Shown here: positions 1-11,462 of the stretch, one piece after another | How positions within the stretch are numbered: position 1 is the stretch's first letter | Layout: each line of letters begins with the position of its first letter | NCBI RefSeq assembly: GCF_011386835.1 | Contig: NC_088803.1 | Location: forward strand, 17,670,001 to 17,734,000 | DNA: 64,000 nt | From: Chrysemys picta bellii | Lineage: Eukaryota | Direction: 5' to 3' | Program-made: the position numbers and the translations under genes | The notes under the pieces: generated by a model | What the model saw: only the letters and a program-made list of their open reading frames with translations | What the model was told of the DNA's origin: nothing | The model's database searches: none

Positions 1-1777
1 AGGGATGGCTCGGCAGCCAGGGCCTCCAGCAGGTCCTCTCGGACCTCGTGATGCACCACGTAACGCTGGCGCACTGAGCGAAATGCCGCTTCCCAGCCGC
101 GCGGCTCCTCAGAGCTGGCCACTGTCAGGAAGGTCAGGATTCCCCAGTGGGGACAGGCCTGGAACCCGTAGCCGGCCTCCTCCAGGCGTCCCTTGAACTC
201 TCGCCGCACGACCGGGCTCTCGTCCACATAGCGAAGGAAAAGGGGGTGTTCTGGCCAGCAGAACCCCACGGCCTCTGTGGGGAGACAGGAAAACGGCTGG
301 GACCTGCCGGTGAGTCGGAGAGCCGGGAGGGGCCTGGCCCTGGGGGTTCGGGCACCCGACTGCCGTGGATTGTACAATGGGGGGGGCCAAGCTACATGGA
401 GGGGTTAGATACCTTTGAGTCCTTCTGAGATACCTCAAATGGCGCTGGGGGGCTCAGCAGATGGCGTTCTCCCCCAACAGTCAGTGCTGGCCCCATTGCA
501 ACACTAGGGGGCGCTGTGCGACAGGGAGCAGGACTTCAGCAGGGGGCGCTCTCCCCCTAGCAGTCAGGGCTCTGGTGGCGATGCAGCATTTCAATATGGC
601 TGGCCCTGGTGATTTGGGGAACTGGGGACACGCCCATCCTCCGGGAACCCAAGCAAGAGGTTGGCAGCTGCTGCCTTTGACGGCTCCCAGCCTGAGTCAC
701 ACAGCTGGTGCTGGGGCACGGCACCCACCCAGCTGCCTTCTGCCTCGGGTGGTGGGAGGCCAGGCGGGCTGCGAGTGGCGGGGGGTCCCCAGCAGGAGGC
801 GTCGCTACTGGGCCTGACAGGGGCGAGGCACAAGGAACCATCGGATTGGCGCTCCAGGACCAGCCCAGGAGGGCAGGCTCTGACCTCCGGCCCAGAGAAT
901 GCTCCCGGGCGGTGGGGAAACTGAGGCAGGGCCATGCATATTACTGTGAGTCTGGCTGTAAGTCAAGAGCACTGGAGCTGGGGGCCTATCAACTGTCACA
1001 GACCCCTGACCGTAACCCCCAGTGCCCCATGGCTGGAGAGACTCAGGGGGGTCGGCACTGCTCCTGGTGGTCCCATTTCTGAGAAGCACTGGGGAGCGGG
1101 GCCTGTGCCGGAGAGGACAAGGGGAGAGACGCTGCTGCAACCCGCTGAGCACAGAGGCCCCAAACCTAGCCACTATGGTGGGTCCAGCAGAGGGCGCCAG
1201 AGGCCGTGGAACGCAAGTAACGGCAAGGGGTCACCGGTATGACACTCAGCGCACCCGGGAGAGTCACGGGCTCTTACCAGCCGGAGTGCTAGGATCTTCA
1301 GCCACCTGCCAGGGAGGGCAAGAAAGGAGTCAGTTTATTTATGAGACACGCCCCTCCCAGAGCCGGGGATAGAACCCAGGAGTCCTGACTCCCAGCCTGC
1401 CCCCACCCCCGAGCTCTAACCATTAGACCCCAATTCCCCCCCTCCAAGGCCAGGGATGGAACCCAGGAGTCCTGCCCTGCAGCCTCCCACCCCTCCCCCA
1501 GGTGACCTGCCCCATTTACCGGGCAAGGAGCCGGCAGCCCCAGCGGGCAGACGATTTCCACCAGTTTCATCCAGGTGTTGGGCTGGTGCTCCAGGAAGCA
1601 GCTGATTTCCTCCAGCATGGCCAGCAGGGTCTGACCGGCCCCCAGCAGCGGGAAGGACACGGACTCCAGGAACGCGCCGTACACAGAACATAGGCAGCTT
1701 CGCACCATCTGGCGCATGACCTGCAGGGACCGAGAACAACGGGGGAATAGATTATGGAAATATGTAGGAAGATTCTC

Positions 1778-1826
<49 letters not shown>

Positions 1827-4737
1827 AGAGAAGTAAGCCGATATTCCTTCAGCGAGGCCTCCAGTTCTGGAAGTGGGAACTCGAGGAGAGAAGAGACAGA
1901 CGGGTGATGTCTGTCCGTTACGCGGCACCTAGCTGGCGACAGAGGCTACGAAACACAAGGTATTTAGGATTCGCTGCTATCTTAGCTTCAAGGATGACCT
2001 AACACCTTTTTTCCCTCGGCTTCATTAACCCGTGAGAACTCCCAGGCTTTTCTCTCCTGGAAGTCTCTATGGATGCCAGGGAAACAGGGAGCCCACAGGC
2101 AAGTTCTTTTGGTTTTCAAGACATATTTTTGCTTTTCAGAAACTGCCCATAGCAACGGCTTCAGTAAAAAGTTTCATTTTTGGCGGGGAAAAATTAGTTT
2201 TCAGAAACTGCTTCCAGCAAACCGGCTGCTTTTCAGTGACACCTCTGGGGGCTCAGCACAAATGTTCAGTTTACAAAACCTGCTGATGTTAAAACAAAAT
2301 GGTAAAACAATGGCTATTAACCAGGATGTTCAGGGATGGTGTCCCTAGCCTCTGTTTGTCAGGGGCTGGGAATGGGCGACAGGGGATGGATCACTTGATG
2401 ATTTCCTGTTCTGTTCATTCCCTCTGGGGCACCTGGCATTGGCCACTGTCGGAAGACAAGCTACTGGGCTAGATGGATCTTTGGTCTGACCCAGTATGGC
2501 CGTTCTTGTGTTCTTACATTCAGGTTTTCGTCAAAATTTTCAGTTTGGGGGGGGGGGGGGGGGATCCGTTTTGGGGAAAGAAAGACTTTCCGATTTTCCT
2601 AGGACTTAGAGAAAAGGAGGGTGGTGAAGCACTGGAATGGGTTACCTAGGGAAGTGGTGGAATCTCCATCCTTAGAGGTTTTTAAGGCCCGGCTTTACAA
2701 AGCCCTGGCTGGGATGATTTAGTTGGGGTTGTTCCTGCTTTGAGCAGGGGGCTGGACTAGATGACCTCCTGAGGTCCCTTCCAACCCTGATATTCTATGA
2801 TTCTATGAAAAGATTCTGAATTTCCCTAACAAACCAGATATGGTGGAGGGAAAATGTTTGCCACAACTTTACGGTTTATGGGCTTTTCTATGAAAAACTG
2901 AAATACATCAATTTCTCCAGGATGCTGTTTGGTTTGGAACAACGCTGGGTGGAGAACTGCCGACCCGCTCTAGAGAGTGATATTGCTGTACCAAGTGGTT
3001 TAGGAGCCTAAAGACAGAGTGGCGCCTCATTGGCCCTTAGACTTGCTAAGGCCTGTCTAGGCACCTAAACCCCTTGCTACGTCCTGTCCCAGGCATCTAG
3101 TAGAGCTGGGTAGCAGAGGGAGGGGGGGATCCAGGGGCTACAGCAGAGATAGGTGGCGTATGGGGTGGCCCCCCTTTACCTCTGGCGCCCCCTGCTGCTG
3201 CAGTGCCTCGCCATCCAGCTGCACAAGGTACAGCACTTTGCAGTGCAGATCCGGTAGGGCCGTGCCTGGCACCGTCAGCACCTTCCCCGGTTGGAGCTCC
3301 CCGCTGTGGCCTGCAGCTGCCAGCGCCCTCTCGGCCAGGGCCTGGACCTCCTGAGAGCACCACTGCAGCCCATCCGTCTCCAGCACCACCGGCAGCACCA
3401 GCACATCCGTCTGTCCCCAACACAGAGCCAAGGAGCGTGAACAGACGCTCGGACCGGCTCCTTGGGGGCTCACCGCTCCCCCCTCTGGGCCTGGGGACAA
3501 AGGCCCCGGGGGCTCCAAACAAGGTGAGCCCTAGAGAGACCGTCTTCCTACAGACTGGGAGAGAAGGTGCTAGGGATAGAACCCAGGAGTCCTGGCTCCC
3601 AGCCCCCTCCCTGCTCTAACCACTAGACACCACTCCCCTCCCAGTACCAGGGATAGAACCCAGGAGTCCTGGCTCCCAGCCCCCTCCCTGCTCTAACCAC
3701 TAAACCCCGCTCCCCTCCCACAGCCAGGAGAGAACCCAGGAGTCCTGGCTCCCAGCCCCCACTCTAACCAAGGCACTGACCTTCTGGCTGGCGAGGGACC
3801 CACTGACCACCTGGGTGCGGACTCTCTCCTGGGCCCGGAGGACATTCCTCAGCAGCTCCTGCCGGTTCTCGCCAAGCGGCCACCGCTTGGCACATGCCCT
3901 ATGCAAGGTGGCTACCAGGGCCCCATCAGCGGCCACCACGGAGATGCTGCTCAGGGGGGCGGCAGGGCAGCCCCGGGCGAAGGTGTCGATGGCCTCAGCC
4001 ACGGCCTCCACCAGCCACATGCTTTCCGAGTCCACACAGACGGCCACAGAGGTGACCTGCATCCGGGCCGCGGCCTCCAGGGTCAGGAGCACCGCCCCGG
4101 CTGCCAGTCCCCCAGCCCCCGGCGGGGAGCAGACTTCCAGGCAGGCGTGAGGAGCCCCTCGCCGGCTCAACGCCCTCCGGGTCACCACGCTGGCCCCGCT
4201 GTCCGGGCCGGACTCACCACCCAGCCTCACCACGGCGCCCGCCCGGATCCCAGCGCCGTCTCCCTCCCCGAGGCATAGGCTGATCCCTGGGCACGGCCGG
4301 AAGAACCAGCCCACCGAGGGCACTGCCCTGCCCACCAGGATCAGCAGCTCACTGATGGCCACTTTGGCAGCCAGCGCTGCCTCCCGGGGGCCAGAGAGGG
4401 CCAGGGTGCCAGCATCCCCCTGGCAGTGCCCGCTGGCCATCACCTGCCAGAGGGAGGGTGCCAGGACCTCCGAAAGCTGCTCCCACAGGTCCATCTCTGG
4501 CAGTGTAATGAACAAGGTCTCTGTGCATTGGGTTCCCGGGGGGGCTCCCTGTGGGCCCCGGTGGGTGGGTCTCAGCTCTGTCCTTGCCACAGGCCCCTCA
4601 GGGCACAGCATGGCCCTCTCCCCTGCCTTGGTATCGCTGGTGGGGGGCTGGAGGCACCGCCCAGCTCTGCCCCCGAGGGTCACCGGCGCACCAAGCTTGC
4701 TTGAGAGTCGTCCCCAGACGGCCAAGACGGGTCCCAT
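1..4737 (-). CDS. PARP14/PARP9-like macro-KH-WWE-ART gene, left copy, 5' part (runs off the window start). Exons 4737-3781, 3410-3180, 1720-~1515, 274-<1
   Basis: Spliced translation gives a KH-like segment ([22 protein letters not shown]) and two degenerate macro domains ([19 protein letters not shown]...[19 protein letters not shown]; [10 protein letters not shown]|TDVLVLPV...LHCKVLYLV|[10 protein letters not shown]...[10 protein letters not shown]...LEEISCF). These lead into the large exon [23 protein letters not shown] sites flank the exons and no stops are visible. The donor of the third exon is uncertain, and an upstream coding exon cannot be excluded. Confidence 0.7.
1778..1826 (+). 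repeat. (TCTA)n microsatellite; paralogue at ~49024-49076
   Basis: Directly visible tetranucleotide run. Confidence 0.97.
2311..2516 (+). mobile_element. 3' end of a CR1-type LINE or CR1-tailed SINE (turtle type); paralogue at ~49561-49765
   Basis: Ends ...gggctagatggatctttggtctgacccagtatggccgttcttgtgttctta, the 3' tail typical of turtle CR1/Pol III SINEs as I recall it. Confidence 0.75.
2618..2807 (+). mobile_element. CR1 LINE 3' fragment; paralogue at ~49862-50051
   Basis: gtgaagcactggaatgggttacctagggaagtggtggaatctccatccttagaggttttt...gaggtcccttccaaccct followed by the (attctatg)2 tail. Confidence 0.88.
3561..3770 (-). repeat. Tandem array of a ~70-bp tRNA/SINE-head-like unit
   Basis: Three copies of gggatagaacccaggagtcctggctcccagcccc...ctctaaccacta, the reverse complement of tagtggttagag...gggagccaggactcctgggttctatccc. 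Confidence 0.8.
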
Positions 4738-7700
4738 CGTGGCCTGGAGTGCCCAGCAGGTCGACAGCGCAGCCCGCAACAGCGCAGAGGGGCCAGGAAT
4801 GGCTCACGGCCCACGGCCCACGCCTGGTCTTGGAGCTCTGCTAGAGACAGCGCCGGGTGGTGGTTAGAGTGGGCACCAGCAGACTGCACTCCTGGGTTCT
4901 ATCCCTGGCTCTGGGAGGAGAGTGGGGTCCAGTGGTTAGAGTGGGGGGCGGGGGCTGGGCGCACGAGGAGAGATGTCCCCTCCACAGGGTGCTGGCCAGC
5001 CAGTGCCGCCCCTGCCCTGGGCCCAAAATGGGTGGCTGGTGCCAACCCCAGTGCTGTGTCTTGCCCTTGGCTGTGCCAGCAGCCCCGACAGATGATCCAC
5101 TCCTCCATGGTCACCAATCCCCCTCCATCCTGGGCGCTCCCACCTACCTGCTGCACCAGCCTCTGCCCTCACAGCCCCCTCTGCGGGCTCACACTCCTCC
5201 GACACCTCCTTGGCCCAGGCCCAGCTGGGCAGAGGAGCTCCCAGGGCAGATTGAAACCTCCCTGGGCGCCCGGCTGGGAAGTGAAGGTTCCCCTGCCCAG
5301 GTTTCACTTTCCATTCCTCCCCAGTGCCGGTGAGTTTCATGCTCGTGGGTGGGGCAGAGAGGCTTTGGCCCCAGGAGAAGCCACATAGCTGAGGTGGAAC
5401 TGGAGAGGCCAGGGGCTCTGGGAAGCCAATTGGAGGGATTGCCCGCTGGGCTGGGCACATCCAGAGCAAACCTGGGCAATGGGCCCAAGGGTGTAGCTGA
5501 AATCTGTCTGCAGAGCGACTCACAAACGCCAGCCAGATCTCCTTGTGCTCGGGACTGAACGCTGATCTCCGCCACCTCTTCCCCCCAACCCAGGATCAAT
5601 CTGGAGTCACTCCCAATAGCAGTGGGGACAGGGCTGGATTCTGCTCCCAGAACCCTGGGGTCAATCCGGTGTCACGGCCTACCTGCAATGGGGTCACTCC
5701 ATTGGAGTCAATGGGGCCAGGTGCCCAGGTGGTGGACTGTGGCCAGTGCAGCATTGCAGCCAGCAGGGTGATGCTGGTTTGCACCAGCAGCTGGCCAGCC
5801 GCGTGTACTGGGGGCATTTGGGGGGGGTTGCCCTGGGGGTGGGGGACAGAGAAGGAAGCTGGGGCAGCCAGATGGGGGGAAGTCAGCTGGGCAGTTGCAG
5901 GTGGATGGATGTGCCAGAGCTGGACCGGATTTATTGCCCCCAACCTGGGGGCGGGGGTGAAGTGGGGGTCATCCTATCTCTTTGCAGTGTTGTATGCGGC
6001 TGTTCCGCATCCCAGCGCCGGACAAGCTATCCCTGTGCAGTGTTATATGTGGCTGTTCCCCAGGTGCCCCACCCCAGAGCTGGCTGCATCTCAGAGGCAG
6101 GTGCCCCATCCTCTCTCCTGGGCTACATTCGCCATACCCACCGCCCTCCACACCCAGCAGGCAGGACCCAAGGAGGGGGCTATCAGCCAGGCTCAGAGGG
6201 AGAATTTGGGGCCATTGGTGTCACTGGGATCTGGGGCAGCCCTCTAGCATTGCCCCCTCCGGGTATCATGTGTGGACCCACAGCAGCTGGACCCCAATAC
6301 CTTAGAGGCCATCAGCCAGCGCCAGAGATTCATGTGGTATTACTCTAATGCAGGAGAGGAGACCCCATAGGTGTTAGGGGGAAATCAGTCCGTGTGACCT
6401 GCGGAACTCACTGTTTCTTGTGTCTGGGACTGTGGAGGGGCAGGCTGCAGACCGTGTGTGGAAAGGGGCTACGCTGAGCAGGAATCACAGCCCACCAACC
6501 CACCCTGAGTCCCCCGCGCTGTCCCCTTACCTGGGCTTCCTGCGTGCGGGTGGTTCACCCCATGCTGAAATGCAGCTAGCTCTGGGTTGGGGCAGCTGGG
6601 GAACAGCCGCACATAACACTGCACAGGGGTGGCTCACCTGGCACTGAGATGCAGCTAGCTCTGGGTTGGGGCAGCTGGGGAACAGCTGCACATAACACCA
6701 CATGGAGATTCCCCAGGTCAGGAATTGGAAGAGATGGTCTGGCTGGGTTCTGCCCGCTAATTCAACTCCCGCTCCCGGCCACATGGGGCATTTCATTTGC
6801 TTCCCGAAAGCTCTTTGAGCCCCGTCTGAACTGCCCGCTGGGTGCAGCTTACATCTCCCTGGAATAAATCTTCGCCAAGAGCCCCGGGCAGATCTCCGCC
6901 CAGGGGCAGGTTTCAACTTGCAACCTCCATGCCATGGTGGCCCCTGGGAAAAGCTTGGGAATGTAAGAGAAGCTGGTTTGGGGGGCCTGCAGCTCAGGCA
7001 CCGCCAGGACAAATGGCCTCAATTGGGCTCATGCACCAGATCCAGTGTCCTGAGGAGATGCACCAAGGCAATGGGGATTCGAAAGCTGCTCTGAAGTGGA
7101 GCTGGCACCTACCCCAGCCCCATAGGCAGCGATCTGGCTGGGTAGCCAGTGACCCCTCCCTCCAGGGACCCCCACAGCTCAACCCACAGGGAGGCAGATT
7201 GGGGCTCAGTCTGGCTGCCCCGGTCCCCGGGCTCAGCACACCTCAGGCCCAGCGCCGCCTTGGGTCCTGGATTCGGCCTGGGGCACAGCTCTGGTCTCAG
7301 GGAAGCTGGTTTAGCAGGAGGCGCCAGTCCCCTGCACCCATGGCTCGCCCAGCGCCAATCCCTATGTGGGGGAGGGAATTAGGTGGCTCAGTGACCTGGG
7401 GATGCCCTGAACGGCTGGTACTCTCACTGCCCCCAGGTATGGGCACCCTCTCGGCCCTGCTCCTACGTAACCCATGTCCCAGACTCCTCTGCACCTCACC
7501 CTCAAAATCCACTCTAGGCTTTCGGATCCAATGGAAGTTGAGGCTGGGCACCAAGACTCCTGGGTTCTATCTCAGCTCTGGGAGGGGAGTGGGGTCTAAT
7601 GGTTAGAACACGGGGGTTGCTGGGAGTCAGGACTCCTGGGTTCTATCCCGGATCTGGGAGGGGAGTGGTGTCTAGTGGTTAGAGCAGGGGGCTGGGCACC

Positions 7701-8929
7701 AGGAGTCCTGGGTTCTATACTGGCTCAGGGAGGGGTGTGAGGTGTAGTGGTTAGAGTGGGGGGCTGGGAGTGTTGTCCTCTCCCTTCCAGCCCCTGTGCT
7801 GTTACTAAATCCCACCCCCAACCTCCAATGTGAAGAGGGGTGTCCTGGAAAGACATGCCCTAACCCTAATAGGGAAGTGGCCAAGAACTATCACTCCCAG
7901 CATCCCTGCTGCTGGGGGGCTACTCCTCCCAGTATGCCCTGGGTGGGCTAGGCTGGCCATTAACCCTTTGTTCATCGCAGCCCAGAGGGGTATGGTTTGG
8001 ACAATAGGAAGAACTGTGAGTAGTGACTGTCCTGCGCTGCCGTCATCTCCCTGCACACACACCCAGCTCTCCGTAATCTGGAGAGTAAACCTACACGGAG
8101 TTCAGGCCGCCTGGCAGCAGGTCATCCTTTTGCAGAACGCTGAAGCACATCAAATGAAACCTGGCCACAGCAGGAAACACACCGTTAAGGATGCCTGCAT
8201 CACTTTAACTCTGCCCTCATTCCGTGACTCCCCATGCACACAGGTAGTGCAGTGCTCCTCCGCCAACCCCGCGGTGGCTGAGATGCACAAAGCTCTTCCC
8301 CTCCTTTCCCAGCCCCTTCGTACCCCCAGGAGTCCTGGAACATGGTGAAGGGACCAAAAGCTTGCCCGCCCCACCTTCTTCTGGCCCCCTGGAGTGGGCC
8401 GTCACAATGGGGGTTATGTGGCTGCAGTCCAGGCGGTGGGCAGCCCCATGCTAGCGGGTTAGCGGGTGGCAGCAGTTGTTGGTGAGATGAGGATGGTAAA
8501 TTACCCGAAAACCCAGCCGAGCATGGGGACTTCAGGGCCCTTCGACAGGCAGGCTGAGAGGAAAGGGCACTGGGGGGGGGGGCAGAGAGGGGTGAAGGGG
8601 CCCCCTGGATCCCAGCACACACATGTGGGAGGCAGGGAGAGGGGCTTTGTCCCACCTAGGGGCTGGGCCCCTCAGATCTAGGCGCACGCACAAGAGCGGG
8701 GAGCATGTGGGGCTGACAGTTGCCCCTGCTCCTGTTCTCTCCAGTGTCCCACCCCCCAACCTCTCTCCCCTCCCCTGCCACCCATCCCCATTTATTCCCT
8801 TCCCCTTAGCCCCCTCTCCTCGCTGCAGCCCCAAATTTCTCTCCTACTGTTTCCCACCCCCTGCCCCCAATGCCCCTCCCTTCCCAGGAACCACTCACAG
8901 GGTGATTTTTCCCCCAATACTTTGGGGAG

Positions 8930-9500
8930 TGCAGGCGGGGTGTGTGTGTTGGGGTGCAGTGGCAGAGCTGGGGATACAGGGGTGGGGGGTGCATGAGGAG
9001 AGCTGGGGTGCACTTGCAGGGCTGGGATACAGAGTGGCTGGGCATGCAGGGGCAGAGCTGTGAAGTAGGTTGGCGTGTAGCCAGGGGAAGATTTGTGGGT
9101 ACAGGGTCTGGGGGTGCACAGAGAGTTAGGGCTGAAGAGGGGCTGGTGTCCTGGCAGGACTGGGATACAGAGGGGCTGGGGGTGCAGGAGCAGATCTGGG
9201 GTACAAGGTGTGGGGGTACCTGGGGAGAGCTGGGGTGCACTAGCAGGGCTGCGATACTGAGGGGCTGGTGTGCAGGGACAGAGCTGGGGGTACGGGGGTG
9301 CAGGGGATTGGGGTGCACGGGGAGCTGGGGATACAGGGTCTGAGGGTGCATGGGGAGAGCTGGGGGTGCACTGGCAGGGCTGTGATACAGAGGGGCTGGG
9401 GGCGAAGGGGCAGAGCTGGGGTGCATAGGGAGAACTGGGGTACAGAGATGGGGGATGCAGGATATCGGGGTGCACGGGGAGAGCTGGGGGGCAGTGGCAG
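8930..9500 (+). repeat. Degenerate G-rich minisatellite upstream of the ZNF promoter
   Basis: Recurrent ggggtgca(c/t)gggga/gagctggg/gatacagaggg motifs. These explain the long ORFs on both strands here. Confidence 0.7.
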
Positions 9501-9559
9501 GGCTGGCGGTGCAGGGCCATACACCCTCCCCCTCTCCCTGCGCAGGAGCGGGGAGGCCC

Positions 9560-9670
9560 CGCGGGGCATGCTGGGAGCTGCAGTCCCGCGCGGGGCATGC
9601 CGGGAGCGGTAGTCCGGCCCGGGAACACTGGATCCGAGCGGGATCCCGGCGGAGCGCGGCGCCCCCTGCG
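9560..9670. promoter_or_regulatory. CpG-rich promoter with two tandem ZNF143/Staf (SBS) motifs and a probable non-coding first exon of the ZNF gene (donor after 9670)
   Basis: cgcggggcatgctgggagctgcagtc (9560-9585) and cgcggggcatgccgggagcggtagtc (9589-9614) are the reverse complement of ACTACnnnTCCCAGCATGCCCCGCG. Donor is cg|gtaaga. Confidence 0.7.
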
Positions 9671-10073
9671 GTAAGAGCTGGGCCGGGCCAGAGTTGGGGC
9701 GGGGGCGGCTTCGGCTGCTGGGCTCGAAACCCAGGAGTCCGGCCCCCTCCCCCCCAGCCACTAGACCCCCCTCTCCTCCCCACCCTTCCCCGGGCGCAGA
9801 ACCTAGGAGGCTCCCAGGCCCCCAACGCCCCCCCCCCAAGATACTAGTCCCCATTCCCCTCCCAGCGCTTGGCTCGGAAGACAGGAGTCCGGGTCCCCCC
9901 CCTGACACCCCCCCTTCCCTTCGCTTTCCTCCAGGAGCTGGGATAGAACCCAGGAGTCCGGGCTGCCAACTGTCCCACTTAACCCACCCCACCCCGAGTG
10001 GCAACAGGCAGCCTGGGGCGCTGTCCATCTCCCTGGTGTTTCTCCTCCCGCAGGTGCCGGGACGTGGAGCAGG

Positions 10074-11462
10074 ATGGCCCAGGGGACCCCTCCTGTGATG
10101 TTGACCCCGGCTGGGCTGGCGGCCCTAGGATGCCTGCAGCAGGGTGGAGCCAGTGCCCCCCAGCAGGAAGGGGATGGCGACAGCGGGCACCGGGCTAGTG
10201 GAGATGTGGGGCCGGATGTGTGGTGGGAAGAGGTGCAGGGAGACACGGGGATGCTCTCAGATCTAGGTGGCCGAAGGAAGGGGGACCATGGGGGCCAGGC
10301 CATGGGGGCGGGGGAGCAGACAAGAGCCGGGGGACCGGCTGCCCTGGTGCGCCCCCGGCGGTACGGGTGCAGCGTGTGCGGCAAGGCCTTCTCGCAAAGC
10401 TCCACGCTGATTGTGCATCGGCGGTCGCACTCGGGCGAGCGCCCCTACACCTGTGAGGAGTGTGGCCGTGCCTTCGCCCAGAGCTCGGGCCTGGCCAAGC
10501 ACCGGCGGGTGCACACAGGTGAGCGCCCCCACCCCTGCCCCGAGTGCGGCCGGCGCTTTGGCAAACGCTCCAACCTGGCAGTGCACCGGCGGGCCCACAC
10601 TGGTGAGCGCCCCTTCCCCTGCCCCGCCTGCCCCAAGGCCTTCGCCCGGCGCGCCGACCTGGCTGTGCATGGCCGCACCCACACCGGGGAGCGACCCTAC
10701 CACTGCGCCGACTGCGGCAAGGGCTTCAGCACTGGCTCCAACCTGGCGCAGCACCGGCGCACGCACCAGCCTGATCGGCCTTACCGCTGCACCCAGTGTG
10801 GGAAGGGCTTTCCCGGCAGCTCGGAACTGCTGCGCCACTGGCGCTCCCACACCGGGGAGCGGCCCTACCACTGCGGCATCTGCGGCCTGGCCTTCGCCCA
10901 CAGCACGGTGCACCGGCGCCACCAGCGGGCCCACCTGGAGGAGTCGCCCTACCGCTGCAGAGACTGCGGGCGCAGCTTCGCCCAGCGTTCTGACATGGTG
11001 GTGCACGGCCGCACCCACACTGGTGAGCGGCCCTACCGCTGCCCCGACTGCCCCAAGGCCTTCGCCCAAAGCTCCCACCTGGCCACCCACCGGCGCAGCC
11101 ACACCGGCGAGCGCCCCTACCGCTGCCCTGACTGCCCCAAGGCCTTTGCCCAGAGCTCAGCCCTCACCGTGCACCGGCGCACCCACACTGGCGAGCAGCC
11201 CTACGCCTGCGGCGAATGTGGCCGACGCTTCCACCGCAGCTCCAATCTTATCCGTCACCAGCGCACCCATACGGCCGAGCGCCCCTTCGCCTGCCCGCAG
11301 TGCGGCCGACGCTTCCACCGCCGCTCCAACATGGTGGTGCACCAGCGCACCCACTCCCGGGACAAGGGGCTCTGCCCGCCGGCTGCCAGGGACGCTGCCC
11401 GCTGGGGGGCCTTGGAGACAGAGAGCCCTAGCCCTGTGCCCACAGCCACGGGGACTATATAG
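10074..11462 (+). CDS. C2H2 zinc-finger protein, 12 tandem fingers, no KRAB or SCAN domain visible, 462 aa
   Basis: Single ORF after the acceptor at 10053. Twelve CxxC...HxxxH fingers with TGE(R/Q)PY linkers. AATAAA at ~11922. Confidence 0.93.
   Translation: MAQGTPPVMLTPAGLAALGCLQQGGASAPQQEGDGDSGHRASGDVGPDVWWEEVQGDTGMLSDLGGRRKGDHGGQAMGAGEQTRAGGPAALVRPRRYGCSVCGKAFSQSSTLIVHRRSHSGERPYTCEECGRAFAQSSGLAKHRRVHTGERPHPCPECGRRFGKRSNLAVHRRAHTGERPFPCPACPKAFARRADLAVHGRTHTGERPYHCADCGKGFSTGSNLAQHRRTHQPDRPYRCTQCGKGFPGSSELLRHWRSHTGERPYHCGICGLAFAHSTVHRRHQRAHLEESPYRCRDCGRSFAQRSDMVVHGRTHTGERPYRCPDCPKAFAQSSHLATHRRSHTGERPYRCPDCPKAFAQSSALTVHRRTHTGEQPYACGECGRRFHRSSNLIRHQRTHTAERPFACPQCGRRFHRRSNMVVHQRTHSRDKGLCPPAARDAARWGALETESPSPVPTATGTI

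Noticed and set aside
3561-3770. tRNA genes suggested by A-box and B-box-like motifs
   Set aside because: No acceptor stem or cloverleaf, and dozens of degenerate tandem copies. Treated as a SINE-head-derived repeat.
8792-10028. Long Pro/Gly-rich ORFs (278, 339 and 262 aa)
   Set aside because: They overlap a G-rich minisatellite and CpG promoter, with no domain signal or splice logic.
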